A stretch of 63,255 bases of DNA, the filler included, from Octopus bimaculoides (lineage: Eukaryota), in assembly GCF_001194135.2 (NCBI RefSeq). It is 4 parts of 4 records of this genome, joined end to end, with 100 filler letters (N's around TTAATTAATTAA, not from the genome) between each part and the next. Parts side by side here need not be neighbours in the genome. Positions count along the whole stretch, not along the records: positions 1 to 21,243 come from NC_068993.1; 3 more parts are not named here. The stretch is one strand, 5' to 3'. A program made the position numbers and the translations under genes. Shown piece by piece: positions 1 to 13,855 of this stretch; position 1 is the stretch's first letter, and each line of letters begins with the position of its first letter. The notes below the pieces were generated by a model. It saw only the letters and a list, made by a program, of their open reading frames with translations, did no database searches and had not been told where the DNA came from.

Positions 1-40
<40 letters not shown>

Positions 41-1009
41 AATATATATATCTGTTACAAATCTGTTGTGATGACTCACCAATAAAACAGCATGATAGAT
101 GGTTTCGGCTTTATTAGTATAAAGATATATGTCTCTATGTTTAGTTGTTAGATGGATATCTGCCATACAGTTAAATAGACAGACAGATAGGCAAACATAT
201 AGTTGGGTACATTAAGAGAGACAGGCGTTTAGAGGGAAAGACATTCGGAGATTGATAAATGGAAATATAGAGATAGTCTGATAGGTGAACAGATTGACAG
301 ATGGAAATGAAAAATAGATAGAAAAATACACAGGGAAAAAATGTTTTATTTATACACATATACATACGTATATATAAATACATACGTATATATAAATACA
401 TACATACATACATACATACATACATACATACATACATACATACATACATANNNNNNNNNNNNNNNNNNNNNNNNNNNNNNNNNNNNNNNNNNNNNNNNNN
501 NNNNNNNNNNNNNNNNNNNNNNNNNNNNNNNNATATATATATATATATATATAAATGTATGTATATACGTTCTTACATGTACATATGCACATGTGTGCAT
601 GCGTCATACTTATGTATGTATGTATGTAGGTGGAACCATATTTGTGTGATTCATAAATTCACTAAACAATTACCTAGTCACGGGTTCGGCTCTTCACCAT
701 GGAATTTTGAGCATGTGTCTTCTAATAGTAAGTAGAAAATGGTATATGATAAGTGTACTAAAGCATATACATACATACATACATACGTTACATACATTAC
801 ATAGCATATATGTACTCTTTTACTCTTTTACTCTTTTACTTGTTTCAGTCATTTGACTGTCGCTATGTAACTGGTCAGAATATTACCGTCAGTTTTACAC
901 TGATTATTGCAGTTGGCAATATTGTCGATATTTCTGGTATTGTAACTGGAGGCGCAAAGAATCTCTCATGTTGTTGGAAGTATATTTAGAACTTGGTTGG
1001 ATCACATGC

Positions 1010-1359
1010 GATGCTGTCAAACAACTACGGAGCGACAACACTCACAGAAATATGTTGGAGCAACTACTGGCTTCTTTAAAGCCAGGTTGAATAATCATCG
1101 ATTATCTTTTAGAATCTAGAAGAGGTGCATTGTTACAACGTTAACCAGCTGTGTAATACGATTTAAAACGAAGGTAACGCGGTAAAAAATCAACTGACAA
1201 TTGCTAGAATGACCTGGATGTAGAGCGTTGCAAGTTTTGATTGGCAGAAAGGAGAGAAATTCTAAAAAGAATTCGTGTTATTCGGGTGATGAGCTGAATT
1301 TAAAAAGTGAGATATTTGGATAATGTCTTCACGAGAGACAATTCCTTTTGGCAACGTAG
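1010..1359 (+). mobile_element. Decayed Penelope-like element (PLE), GIY-YIG endonuclease C-terminal part
   Basis: Manual translation gives KYVGATTGFFKARLNNHRLSFR (YVG at 1051), then with frameshifts RCKF*LAERREIL and LNLKSEIFG*CLHERQFLLAT*. This matches the PLE pattern YIGxTxxxFKxRxNNHxxSF...CxLCLxEK...LLNKRSEIxSKCRHxxKFLL. Confidence 0.75.
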
Positions 1360-1761
1360 TCCGCATTTTTGCACTAGAGAACGTCATGCATGCCCACACA
1401 CTCAACTGACACGCTTCAACCTCAGCTAACATCAACCCTTGGAAAGTAACTCTTCTTTACCTCCTGAAAATATTACAATTTTTCACGAGGTAACCTGGGT
1501 CTGTATATACCCCCAGCGTAAAATAGGCTATGTACTTCCGGCACCATGTCTGAGAAGCAATTTTCCGAAGTGGCTGCTTCGTTTATAGTTGTTTCTCGAC
1601 CACGATATCAACATGAGTTCCAACCGTAGCCATCCCACCTTTCTAGACGGATTTAGAACTACACAGTCTCACGTGTCCTTTACTTACGACCAACCATATA
1701 TAAGAACTCTTGCATTATCTGTCCATCTGTGCATAAATGCGTGCGTGCGTAGGTGTTTGTT

Positions 1762-1764
<3 letters not shown>

Positions 1765-1856
<92 letters not shown>
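1765..1856. repeat. (GT)n microsatellite, one of dozens of di- and tetranucleotide arrays in the window
   Basis: Direct reading. Similar arrays at 2128-2168, 2497-2571, 7060-7122, 25375-25486, 28545-28608, 33244-33360 and 39020-39090. Confidence 0.98.
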
Positions 1857-1857
<1 letters not shown>

Positions 1858-2125
1858 TGGGTGTGCGCATGCGTCGTCCACTTTATCTTACTATTTCACG
1901 CGTTATCTATGACTATCTTTCTCTTTAGGTTTTTTACTTTTCTTTTTCTCTTCTCTCACTCTCCTTCTTACTGTCATCTTCATTCGCACAGACTGCTCTC
2001 CCTCTCCTTCTCCCTCTACCTCACTCTTTCTCTTTCTCTTTCTCTTTCTCTCTCTACGTTTGTGATTTTAATTTTATCTTCAAAGAGAACCAAACTCGAT
2101 ACATTGTGTCTGTATGTATATACTT

Positions 2126-2170
<45 letters not shown>

Positions 2171-2237
2171 TATACATTACATACGTACATACATATATAC
2201 ATACACATATATATATATACATACATTCATAAAAAGG

Positions 2238-2277
<40 letters not shown>

Positions 2278-2316
2278 AATGTGTATATGTTCCTATTAGA
2301 TGGTTATATAGATATA

Positions 2317-2354
<38 letters not shown>

Positions 2355-2494
2355 TTCCTATTTGCATATATGCATATATATATATATATGTATGTATGTA
2401 CGTATGTATGTATGTCTTTCTATATGCATGTATATGTGTATATATCCGAAAGAGATGTACACACATGCACACGCGCGAAAACTCACACATTCAC

Positions 2495-2575
<81 letters not shown>

Positions 2576-4059
2576 CTCTCTCTCTCTTTCTCTCTCTCTC
2601 TTTCTCTCTCCTCTTTGTTACGCCTTTAGCGACATCAATAACGCTTTGTCACTACCGGAAGTCTGCACCGCCAAAAAACAAAAAAAAAAGTCAAAAAATG
2701 AATTTCTTTAATCATGTGTAACAATACTAACTACGGTTACTAACAGTTTTTATGCGGAATACATTGATTCCGGCCTTATGTCTCAACCGGTTCAGACACC
2801 GAGACCTGAATGAATGCTTTCGTCACGAGACTAATACTAGCCTACTGTCTGTAATTACAATTGTTTTATATCTAATTGCATTACACTATTTTATTTTTTG
2901 CAGCCAATGTTATATAAATATTTTCCTTCTATTCTTGTCTTTATATTATTGTATATAATTAAACACATAATTAAGTATATGTTTTCCCTTTGTTGATTTA
3001 TTTGTTTTAGTTATTAGCCTGCGGCCATGCTGGAGCACCGTTCTTGAATAATTTTAGTCGAACCCATATGCTGTGATTGTTATTTTATTTGAATACAATG
3101 TGTTTGATTTGAGGGAGATTTGGCTGCTGTTTCTAGCTGACCGAACAAGGGCTTAATGGCTCCCTCGTTGGGTCATAATGTATGGTGGTTGATATTGTTA
3201 GTGTTGGTCGGTAATAGTCGTTGTGGTGCGCGGCTGCGTGCTCTAGGAAGTAGTAACTCGATAAATTATAAGGAGAAAACGAACCAATCCCAAACCCCGG
3301 ACAGCAGGCGCCAGTATAGGTTCGGTTAGGTTTAATCAAGATACGATGTCAAAGGAGAATAGGGGACGGCTGGCTCATAAGGAGTTGGGGGTGGGGCTGT
3401 GTTGCTATGAGACGAATGTACAAGATAAACTGAAGCATTGGTGGTGAGGGTTGACAATGATTGTATCGGAGATAGTGGGGTCAGGTTTGTCGATTGTGAT
3501 GGTTGTTCTGGTGATGATGATGATGATGATGATGATGGTCATTGTGATGGTAGTTATAGTGATGATGGTAGTAGTAGTAGTAGTTGCTGTTGTTACAGTT
3601 TTTGTTGTCGGTGGTGGTTGGAGTTGTGGTGGTAAATATGTATGTTATGCAGTCAGGATATATAGGTAACCGGAAGTATATTTATAGGGTTTGTGGGAAC
3701 TGGATGTCGAGTTGAGGGAATGGCAGAAATGAAGAGAAGTGGGGAGAGCGCGAGGGAAATAAATAGATAGAGAGATTGAGAGAAAGAGGGGGGGGGCGTA
3801 CGCGTGCGCATGTGTTTGCATATGTGTGTATATATGTGAGGTGTTCGGACAACGAAACGGAGAAAACTGGAAATTATAGAACATAAAAAGAGCAGCGGTT
3901 TATGATACACACACACACACATATATATATATACATCAATAAATGTGTACGTGCATGTTCGCACGCGCACGCGCACCTTCATTTTGGGATCACCAATACT
4001 TTATTATCTCCCTTTTTACAATCTCTTCTGTCAAACTTCTTTTCTAAACAGCCGCCATG

Positions 4060-4248
4060 CTTGACCGTTAAATCCACAGGTTTTTTTTTTCATTCTTTCC
4101 CTGTTTATTTTCTCTTATTCCGTTCTGCTGGAGAGCGTAGGCTCGAAACGTAAAAGATTTTTTAACTTTCCCGAGCGTCAAACTAATACACTTGCTTTTT
4201 GTTCATACACCTGTCTGCGTCTTTTGTTTTCCTATACATTTCAACTAT
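4060..4248 (+). mobile_element. Short non-autonomous repeat (PLE-terminus-like) with a degenerate hammerhead-like motif
   Basis: Homologous to 26540-26742 (gagagcgtaggctcgaaacgta...ttcccgagcgt.aaactaataca...cacctgtct); ends in (TA)n. Confidence 0.6.
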
Positions 4249-5025
4249 ATATATATACACACACATACACTGAGCACCTCTCAAAGTAGTGCCCCAGTAC
4301 GACCCTCCTCCAATGACTGAAATGAATATAACAGACAAACACAGCATCGTCTTTGTCGCTCCTTTTCTCTGTTTATTTCATCGATCCACTCGAATGCTTC
4401 TCTCGTTACACTTCACTAATCCCCTTTCGCTCCCGGGAACTTTTGGTTGAAGCAGTGTTTTTTTCTTTCCCCCTTTCTCAGATATAGCAAAGCCAAATAT
4501 CTTATAAATTATCCCTCCTATGGACTAAGCTTCATTTCTCATCTCCTGGACGGGAGATTTCCTGTCAGAATTCTCCATTTCATGGCAGTGTTGACGATTT
4601 CCTTTCCATCCGACTTAATATTGGTTTTGAAGTGCACCCAAAATTGCGTCTCTAACACTTCGCTTCTTTTCTCTTTTAATAATTCACATCCTCACGCACG
4701 TGACAGCACTCGTTCGTCACACATCACACTGTATTTAATCATTTCAGCTGCAGGTGTTTATCACACATCTAACTTAAACACTTCACGCTAGATCTGCGTA
4801 TGCATGCATAACGTTCCGCTGGCCGAGCTTGATAAGCAGATCCCTATGCAGTAAAAAGTTCTGCTAAAAACAGCAGCTAAATGATGTCCTTCCAATTACA
4901 CTTTAGCATTCCGAAGAAAAGTTAGGGGACATTAGATAATATTGTTGCATTCACTGTGTTTATAAAACAGAACTCCAAATCTCGAATTCTGCACGTTTGA
5001 AATGCTTTTGATAACAGACTTATTC

Positions 5026-5405
5026 AGTCAGCGTGGTTAGGGCAGCGGACTCGCGGTCATAGGATCGCGGTTTCGATTCCCAGACCGGGCGTTGTGAGTG
5101 TTTATTGAGCGAAAACACCTAAAAAGCTCCACGAGGCTCCGGCAGGGGATGGTGGCGAACCCTGCTGTACTCTTTCACCACAACTTTCTTTCACTCTTAC
5201 GTCCTGTTTCTGTTGTGCCTGTAATTCAAAGGGTCAGCCTTGTCACACTGTGTCACGCTGAATATCCCCGAGAACTACGTTAAGGGTACACGTGTGTGTG
5301 GAGTGCTCAGCCACTTGCACGTTAATTTCACGAGCAGGCTGTTCCGTTGATCGGATCAACTGGAACCCTCGACGTCGTAAGCGACGGAGTTTCAACAACA
5401 ACAAC
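5026..5405 (+). mobile_element. Near full-length tRNA-derived SINE (family C here)
   Basis: tRNA-like head with A-box-like gcgtggttagggc and B-box-like ggtttcgattcc, a unique body, a small hairpin near the 3' end (ccgttgatcggatcaactgg) and an (AAC)n tail. Confidence 0.75.
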
Positions 5406-5934
5406 ATACTCAGTCAGCACTGACTAAGGTTTATTTAGCAGCAGCAGTAGCAGCAGCATTTTCCTCTCAATCTTGGACAAGCCAACAGGACTACCTCTCC
5501 GTCTTTCAATTCTGATTATCGTGTCTTATCACCAAATCTTTTCAGCTCTAAACACTTTGGCCACTTATCTCAATCTTCACCCCTTTTCGTATCCCTTATT
5601 CCCATTTGGAACCACGCCCACATTTATTTCAGTTAATAAAGGGAGCTTCAATGTGGTTACTCAAGGATGGTCACTGTTGGAAAGCTTTCAATCAAAAGGT
5701 TTGCTTGATTAGAGCTGTTCTAAGGCTAAATAACATGAAAAACAGCAATATCAATTATAAAAAAAGCAAAAACAAAAACAAAAAACTCTAACAGCCTATA
5801 TGTAGTTACTCGACCTGCTAGAAATAGCAACTAAATCTTCTTCAAATATGCCCTAATGTCCTAAGCATAAAATGAAGGACGGACTGGAGAGGATGAAGTA
5901 TTGTTTCTACAAGATGTGATGATCTTCGATTATA

Positions 5935-6481
5935 GTCAGTCGCATGGTTCCGGGTTCATTCCCACTGCGTGGCACCTTGGGCAAGTGTCTTCTACTATAG
6001 CCTCAGGCCGGCCATGGCCTTGTGAGTGGATTTGGTAGACGGAAACTGAAAGAAACCTGTCGTATATATGCATATATATANNNNNNNNNNNNNNNNNNNN
6101 NNNNNNNNNNNNNNNNNNNNNNNNNNNNNNNNNNNNNNNNNNNNNNNNNNNNNNNNNNNNNNNNNNNNNNNNNNNNNNNNNNNNNNNNNNNNNNNNNNNN
6201 NNNNNNNNNNNNNNNNNNNNNNNNNNNNNNNNNNNNNNNNNNNNNNNNNNNNNNNNNNNNNNNNNNNNNNNNNNNNNNNNNTGTGTGTGTGTGTGTGTGT
6301 GTGTGTGTTTGTGTGTCAATGTTTGTCTCCTAGCATCGCTTGACAACCGATGGTGGTATGTTTACGTCCCCGTGACCTAGCGGTTCGGCAAAAGTCACCG
6401 TGGGGTGGATTTTCTCGACTAAAGGAGGTGCTCCAGCATGACCGCAGTCAAATGATTGAAACAAGTAAAAGAGTTAAGAGT
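5935..6481 (+). mobile_element. tRNA-derived SINE, family A (5'-truncated, central microsatellite spans an N gap)
   Basis: catggttccgggttcattcccactgcgtggcaccttgggcaagtgtcttctactatagcc ... ggtgctccagcatgaccgcagtcaaatgattgaaacaagtaaaagag. The same modules recur many times in the window. Confidence 0.9.
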
Positions 6482-6870
6482 CTAGGTCTCGCCTGTCTAT
6501 TCACTAATTATGCATAGATTTGCTTGAGCTGGGCGAAAAAACACAATAACAAAAGCAATCAGCATAATTTCAATGTGAAGATGATGGTTATTGATTAAAG
6601 CAGTCTGAGAGGAAGATCTACAGAGGTCAGGAGTACTTCTGCTTCCCCACTGATTTACGGTGACCAGTCAGTAGAGAGTTCAAATTCCGTCAGCGGTGTC
6701 ATTTTTTATTCTATAGATCGCGAATTAGTGTTTCTAGGTTACAATGTTCAATACACTCCTAACAGCACAACATAAACACACACACACACACACACAGAGT
6801 CACACACACATGTACAACACATTGAAATACTGACATACATACACAAACGCACGCACAAATGCACACACGA

Positions 6871-6909
<39 letters not shown>

Positions 6910-7054
6910 ACAGGTATATTAAGTGTTTTTGAATTGTAAGACGCATTGTAAATTATTTTTGCATTGTTAACCACTAAAATTTGTCTTTTAGCGTGAGAAA
7001 AAGTTCTCTGCATTCCAATAATAACCATCCATGTTTTCCCTTTCTCACTACAAA

Positions 7055-7124
<70 letters not shown>

Positions 7125-7170
7125 ATATATATATATATAATATAAATATATATATATATATACTCTCTAT

Positions 7171-7569
7171 CTCTTTTACTCTTTTACTTGTTTCAGTCAT
7201 TTGACTGCGGCCATGCTGGAGCACCGCCTTTAGTCGAGCAATTCGACTACCAGGACTTATTCTTTGTAAGCCTAGTACTTATTCTATCGGTCTCTTTTAA
7301 CGAACCGCGAAATTACGGGGACGTAAACACACCAGCATCGGTTGTCAAGCGATGTTGGGGGGACAAACACAGACACACAAAAACACACACACACATATAT
7401 ATACATATATATATATATACATATATACGACGGGCTCCTTTCAGTTTCCGTCTACCAAATCCACTCACAAGGCTTTGGTCGGCCCAAGGCTATAGTAGAA
7501 GACACTTGCCCAAGGTGCCACGCAGTGGGACTGAACCCAGGACCATGTAGTTGGTAAGCAAGCTACTTA

Positions 7570-7571
<2 letters not shown>
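7171..7571 (-). mobile_element. tRNA-derived SINE, family A, near full length, CpGs intact
   Basis: Reverse complement of the family A head, central (CA/TA) tract and tail ending in (aaagagt) repeats. Confidence 0.92.
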
Positions 7572-7638
<67 letters not shown>

Positions 7639-8321
7639 TATACATATATACATGTATACATGCGTGTATGTGTGTGTGTGTGTGTGTGTGTGAGTGTGTA
7701 CTATTAACTAACTTTACCCGTGTTGGGGCACCAAAAGCGTGTTTGATCAATAGGCAAAGGATTTAATTTCTCTTCCATTTCTAATGTAGAAACAAAAGAT
7801 GTTCCCAATCAATATTTAAATATAAATGAATGAAAACCTTCCTCGCCTCTGTCCCCATTCATAAACTATTTTGTCGAGTGATCGACGAGGATCGAATTCA
7901 ACTAAAACATACATGGCCACCGAAAGTCCATCCACTAAAACCGAGATGAAACTTCAGCTGTCATCTTACCAGCAAGCAAAAAGCATACATCCTTTTAATT
8001 ATGTAAAGTAATTTTGTCAAATTAATTATTAATTTTATTTTCGAACGTATCTCTGCCTTTTTTCTTCAAGCCTTGCTTACAATTACCAAAGAATTTTCAT
8101 GTCTTTCCTCATCTCAAAAGGAACATTTTCAATTAAATTGACAAATTCTTTATCATTTTTCATTCGTCATTCATTACTACTTAAATGATTTATTTAAACG
8201 CGTGCCATTGACCTACTTAAAGATGTCTAATCATTCAGACATATATATGCATGTGTCGTATCTATGTATGTATGCACATGGGCTTACGAGTATATCTATA
8301 TGCATACATACATACATACAC

Positions 8322-8367
<46 letters not shown>

Positions 8368-8436
8368 NNNNNNNNNNTGTGTGTGTGTGTGTATACACAT
8401 ATAAATATGCGGAGAGAAAGAGAAAGAGTAAGATAG

Positions 8437-8510
<74 letters not shown>

Positions 8511-9093
8511 CTGAGTGAAGTGAGAGATAGAGGTAGGTGGAAACGACGAAGCTAAATGCACATAGAAAAGGAGAATGATATTATAAAGAGAGGAGCAAGG
8601 GAACGAGAGAATGGAAGAAAGAGTGTGAAGGGAAGAGAGAGAAAAGGGGAGAGGAAAGAGTGTCGAAACGGATGTAGAGCGGGGAGCGGTATGAGGAGTA
8701 TATTAAACATAGTGGATTTTTGAGAGGACTCAAGCAGCGTAAAAGACTTTTACAGGCACAGAGATAAATATAGTGACAGCTTTATACTAACTCAATTTCT
8801 ATGATTTCTTGATTGATGGATGATAAATTGCTGTGATGTATATGTATATACATACATACATATATACATACGTACATACATACATACATATATATACACA
8901 TACATGCACACATACATATATATATACTACATACATACTTACATACATACATATATATATGTGTGTGTGTGTGTATATACGTTTGCATATACGCATGTAT
9001 GCATATATGCAGATATCATACATATGTCCATATATATAAACATATTTTTAGAAATAACGATTTATATATATATACGTGTACATAAATATGCGC

Positions 9094-9132
<39 letters not shown>

Positions 9133-9336
9133 CATACATAGAGATAGATAGATAGAGATAGATAGATGGATATATATATATATATATATATATATGGTGA
9201 GAGAGAGAGAGAGAGATAGAGAGAGGGTGAGAAAGAGAGACAAAGGGGAGGGATGAAGCAAGAGAAAGAGAGAGAGAGAGAGAGGGAAAGAGAGAGAGCG
9301 AGGGATAGAGAGATAGATGGAGAGAGATAGAAAGAT

Positions 9337-9414
<78 letters not shown>

Positions 9415-10475
9415 GGAGAGAGAGAGAGAGAGAGTGAGAAAGAGAGACAGATGGAGGGATGAAGCAACAGAAAGAGAGAGAGGGGGAAAGAGAGAGTGAA
9501 AAAGTGTGTGGGAGGCGAGAGGGCGAGCAAGAAGCATTGATCGGAAGAGAAAATCTGTGAACCTTTAATACAACGTTATGTATGTTTTAATAGGATGAGG
9601 TGATGGTGGCCCTTAATTGTTGTGTTAGGGTCCACAGAGAGCGAAGTGTGTCACGGTTGACCGCAGTTAACTACAGCGATGAGCGGAGGATCCCTGAACT
9701 ATTTGCGGTGACGGAATAGGGAACCTAGAATGGGTGGAGAGGAGTGGGTTGCGCGGTGTCATGCCTGGTCGTGTTTGGTACAGGATGTGTAGACATACAC
9801 ACGTATGCAGTTGTACACACACACACACACATACATAATACATACATACATACATTCGTACATACATACATGCATTCGTACATTCGTACATTCTTACATG
9901 CATACATACATACATACGTATATACATACATACATACATACATACATACATACGTATATACGTATATACATGCATACATACATACAAGCATAAATACATA
10001 CATACATACATTCGTACATTCGTACATACATTCATACATACATACACACATGCATATAGATACATTCGTACATCCGTACATACATACATTCGAACATACA
10101 TAGATACATGTATACATACATACATTCGTACATACATACACCGATGCATATATGCATACATAATTACGGATATGCATACACCGACGCATGCGCGTGTGCT
10201 CACACTCTTACACACTTACACACACACACAGATATGCACAAACACAGACACACAGACTGACAGACAGACAGACACACGCGAGTAAATTGAAATGAAAATT
10301 TTCACAGATATTCTATGGATATTTACGGATTTCCAAATGTATATTTAGTGATACTGTCGGTCTCGTTGTATTTGGTACTTGGAGACGAGTTCTTTAAAAC
10401 ATAACCACCCGCTATATACTAACAGTGAATCGACATTATATATATACGTACATATAGATTCATTCTTGCATTCTT

Positions 10476-10668
10476 TCATTTATTTCAGTTATTTGACGGG
10501 GGCCATATTGGAGCACCGCTTTTAGTCGAACAAATCGACCCCAGGACTTATTCTTTGCAAGCCTAGTACTTATTATATCGGTCTCTTTTGCCGAACCGCT
10601 AGATCATGGAGACGTAAACATATCAACATCAGTTGTCAACTGATGGTGTGGGGTGGGGGACAAACACA
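10476..10668 (-). mobile_element. SINE family A, 3' half
   Basis: ggagcaccgcttttagtcgaacaaatcgaccccaggacttattctttgcaagcctagtac matches the 7188-7345 copy. Confidence 0.88.
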
Positions 10669-11040
10669 GATGCACAAGCATATACATATACATGCATACA
10701 TACATACATAAATACATATATATATATATACAAATTAAAATGTAGGGTTCAGCAAGCATTGCTTCACCACACACCGAAAATTAGAAATAGCAGCCAAAAC
10801 TACACAGAAATGTCGTTAGCAGACGAGAGCAGTCTAGCACAGCTGGTAGAACTGTTAAAAGCCGTGATTTTAACCTAAATGCTCTTCATCAGTAGAAGGC
10901 CTTAGTTTCCAGCATCCTAGCCAAATATCACTACCCACTCTATATGGGAAAATAATGACTGTTCAATTAGTGAGGCTGCAAAGAATCGGAGTGCTCTTTA
11001 TATAGACATTACGTATACACATATGTATAAATATATATGA

Positions 11041-11105
<65 letters not shown>

Positions 11106-11521
11106 CGTGTATAGATGTACATACATATCTGCAGATCTGTTTCCATGAATCTGCTCTGTCTTTCTCCGTCTGTACTTCAGTCTTTCCCTCTGTCTTTCCC
11201 TCTGGAATCTCCAGCAGTGTCATTAATATCATTCAACAGCTATATAAACACACCCGTTGACAATTATCTTATAATGAGCGGTTGTGGACACGTTTCGAAG
11301 TGGAACTGAAGTGTGTATATCTACTAAGGTCGATTGTCTTAATGATATCAAACCAACTAGGCTGTAAACGAGGCATACAATAGGCACGCAAATGGCTCTA
11401 ATCGATGTAGATTTTTCGAATAACGTTTGCTCGGTATCCAAGATTGATCAGAACATGCAGATGGCCTTGAATTTTGACTGAGAGTTAATGTTACAACGAT
11501 AGAGATAAGGAAGATCTAAAG

Positions 11522-11776
11522 CAGTGGTTCCCAAAGTGGGCGGTATTACCCCCCCCCTTCCCCTGGGGGCTGTGGAAAGTTCCGAGGGGGCATTGAAAAA
11601 CGTGAGGCGATAATGGGGGGTATAGTGATTCGTGTAAAACAACAAAATAATGGGTTCATTAAGTTAAGTTTTATTTATGAAATACAGTTGCTTTGAATTT
11701 GCTTCACAAAGAACTCTTTGTTTGTGGGGGCGCTAGGAATGAAAGAAAACACCTGACGGAACAGTTTCGAAAATTG
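11522..11776. mobile_element. hAT-Charlie-like MITE
   Basis: Left end CAGTGGTTCCCAAAGTGGG is preceded by ATCTAAAG, which fits the NTCTARAN Charlie target. The right end is degenerate (tttcgaaaattg) and is followed by CTCCAGAG. Confidence 0.55.
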
Positions 11777-11819
11777 CTCCAGAGAACCTATGCTGCTCGA
11801 CCAACAATCCAAATATGCC

Positions 11820-11841
11820 ATGGTGATGATGATGATGATGT

Positions 11842-11879
<38 letters not shown>

Positions 11880-11920
11880 TTGATGATAATGATGATGATA
11901 ATGATGATGATGATGGTGGT
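11820..11920. repeat. (GAT)n/(GGT)n compound trinucleotide repeat
   Basis: Direct reading. Confidence 0.95.
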
Positions 11921-12409
11921 GGTGGTGGTGATGGTTGTGGTAATGGTGATGGTGATGATGCCAGCAATAACCTGTTAGTTGTCACTATTTTCTGTTCTTC
12001 ACAGTTTGAATAATATTGTGTGGGTTTTCAGTGTTATAAAAAGTAATGTCTGAGTTATATAAAGTCATCATAAGACAATCTATAGGATTTTATGTAGTTT
12101 TGACGAGTAGATTATTCTTGAAACGGTATAAAAAAAAAAAACGGAAAAGCTATAAACAGTTATGATGGCATTTGTCAGAGAGTGGACATGGGCAAAATGG
12201 GACAACATTAACAAGGTAATCCAATGAAATGAAATGAAACAACGGTAATAAATATAAATATGATAGAGTATGTATTTGGTATAGAATGTTAAAAACATAA
12301 TGCATTGTGGACAATAAAAGAGGGGTAGAAAAAAAGTAGGATATAATAGCAGTTAAGGAGGAGAGAGAGAGAGAGACGGGGGTTAGAAAGAGAAAGACAG
12401 AGGGAACAA

Positions 12410-12440
<31 letters not shown>

Positions 12441-12465
12441 CAGAGGGAGGAAAGAGAGAGCTACA

Positions 12466-12512
<47 letters not shown>

Positions 12513-12513
<1 letters not shown>

Positions 12514-12680
12514 GGCTGTGTGGTAAGACGTTTGCTTTCCAACCATATGATTCTGGGTTCAGTCCCACTGCGTGGGACCTTGGGAAAGTGATTTCTACTG
12601 TAGCATCGTTCCAACCGAAGCTTTGTTAGTGGATTTGGTAGGCGGAAACTGAAAGAATCCCGTCGCACACGCACGCGCGC

Positions 12681-12720
<40 letters not shown>

Positions 12721-12778
12721 GTGTGTGTGTCTTTCTGTCCATCTCCACATCACCGCTTGAGAACCAGTGTGGGTGTGC
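12513..12778 (+). mobile_element. SINE family A, 5' two-thirds, abutting an RTE fragment
   Basis: ggctgtgtggtaagacgtttgctttccaaccatatgattctgggttcagtcccactgcgtgg...ggaaactgaaagaatcccgtcg. Confidence 0.85.
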
Positions 12779-12779
12779 A

Positions 12780-13500
12780 TATGTCCTCGTGACTTTGCTG
12801 ATATCCACAGTGTTGAGCGCAATGTCCATTTTGATAGAGAGCTCAGCCTGCTTTTCAACAGTTTTTAAAGCCAGAACATTAATACGCTTAGGAACTGATG
12901 ACTTTTGTGTATTTCAGAGGGAACGTAACTTTACTACGGCGAAGAGAATGGTGAGAGAGATAGCAGGTATTATGAATGGAAAGTGTAATGTTAAAGCCTC
13001 TAATATCTCGTTTGTTATACATAGTCTATGAGATGCCAATCCTTAGATCTAGGATGTATCCAGGTTGTCTTGCAACAATTTTGCTGTTGATAAAGGTGTT
13101 TGTGATATTTAGACTGAATTCCCTGTAGATGGAAAGCACACGCAAACCGCTGGAGTTCATTCGACTTAAACCATGGCGACCAAATACACCCTCCCATGCT
13201 TGATAGTCAGTACAACACGAGCGGTAAAGTCGCGCACAAGGATAAGTTTATCCTTATGGTGACAACTAGAAATGGCATCACGGAGTTGGTTGTAAACTTC
13301 ATTCTTTTCTTGCGCGGTGCTGGCCATCGTTGGAGCATAGCAACTGAAAAGCGTAGTACGAGTGTTGTGATCAAGTTCCAACGTTAGTGTCACGATGCTA
13401 TCAGAAATATCTTTTCGTAGAGAAGGACGGGATCTAGCCATGTCTGTCTTGATGGCAAAACCAACACCAGAGTGGCGTGGCTCGTACTCATTTCTTCCAT
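12780..13500 (-). mobile_element. Decayed RTE-clade LINE, APE endonuclease domain
   Basis: SGVGFAIK...TLFSCYAPTMASTAQEKNEVYNQLRDAIS...DKLILVRDFTARV, then GRHGLSRMNSSGLRVL...NITNTF, then KTTWIHPRSKDWHLIDYV. These are hallmark RTE endonuclease motifs, with frameshifts. Confidence 0.88.
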
Positions 13501-13510
13501 ATCAGACAAA

Positions 13511-13799
13511 TATTTTTATTATTTCATTGTCTTTGCACAACTTCTAACACTGGATATTGTACTACGGTGTCAGCTGTTCGCTACCTTATTTTTCGAGCAC
13601 CATCCTGAATATTCGAGCGGTTCCAAGCAGTGCTGTCCTCTGCAAGTGCTCCACCCTTATTGCAGCCCCTATTTGTACCATGAACTTCTCAAGATTTTTA
13701 CTCACTGCTCCCAGGGCTCCGACAATTATTGGTACTACTACCACTTTTTTCAGGGACCACAACTACTTAACCTCCCAAGCTAACCTGTCATTTTCTCCC
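13511..13799 (-). mobile_element. 5'-truncated R4/Dong-type non-LTR retrotransposon (C-terminus of the restriction-like endonuclease ORF plus 3' UTR)
   Basis: LWSLKKVVVVPIIVGALGAVSKNLEKFMVQIGAAIRVEHLQRTALLGTARIFRMVLEK* (stop 13586-13588), with an AAT-rich tail at 13511-13524. The 5' end joins a (TAA)n tract at 13800-13855. Confidence 0.85.

Positions 13800-13855
<56 letters not shown>

Noticed and set aside
5026-5075. tRNA genes at SINE heads
   Set aside because: A/B boxes are present but there is no full cloverleaf; each head continues into a SINE body.
13115-13135. ccctgtagat resembling miR-10
   Set aside because: The match stops after about 10 nt, lies in the RTE endonuclease relic, and forms no hairpin.
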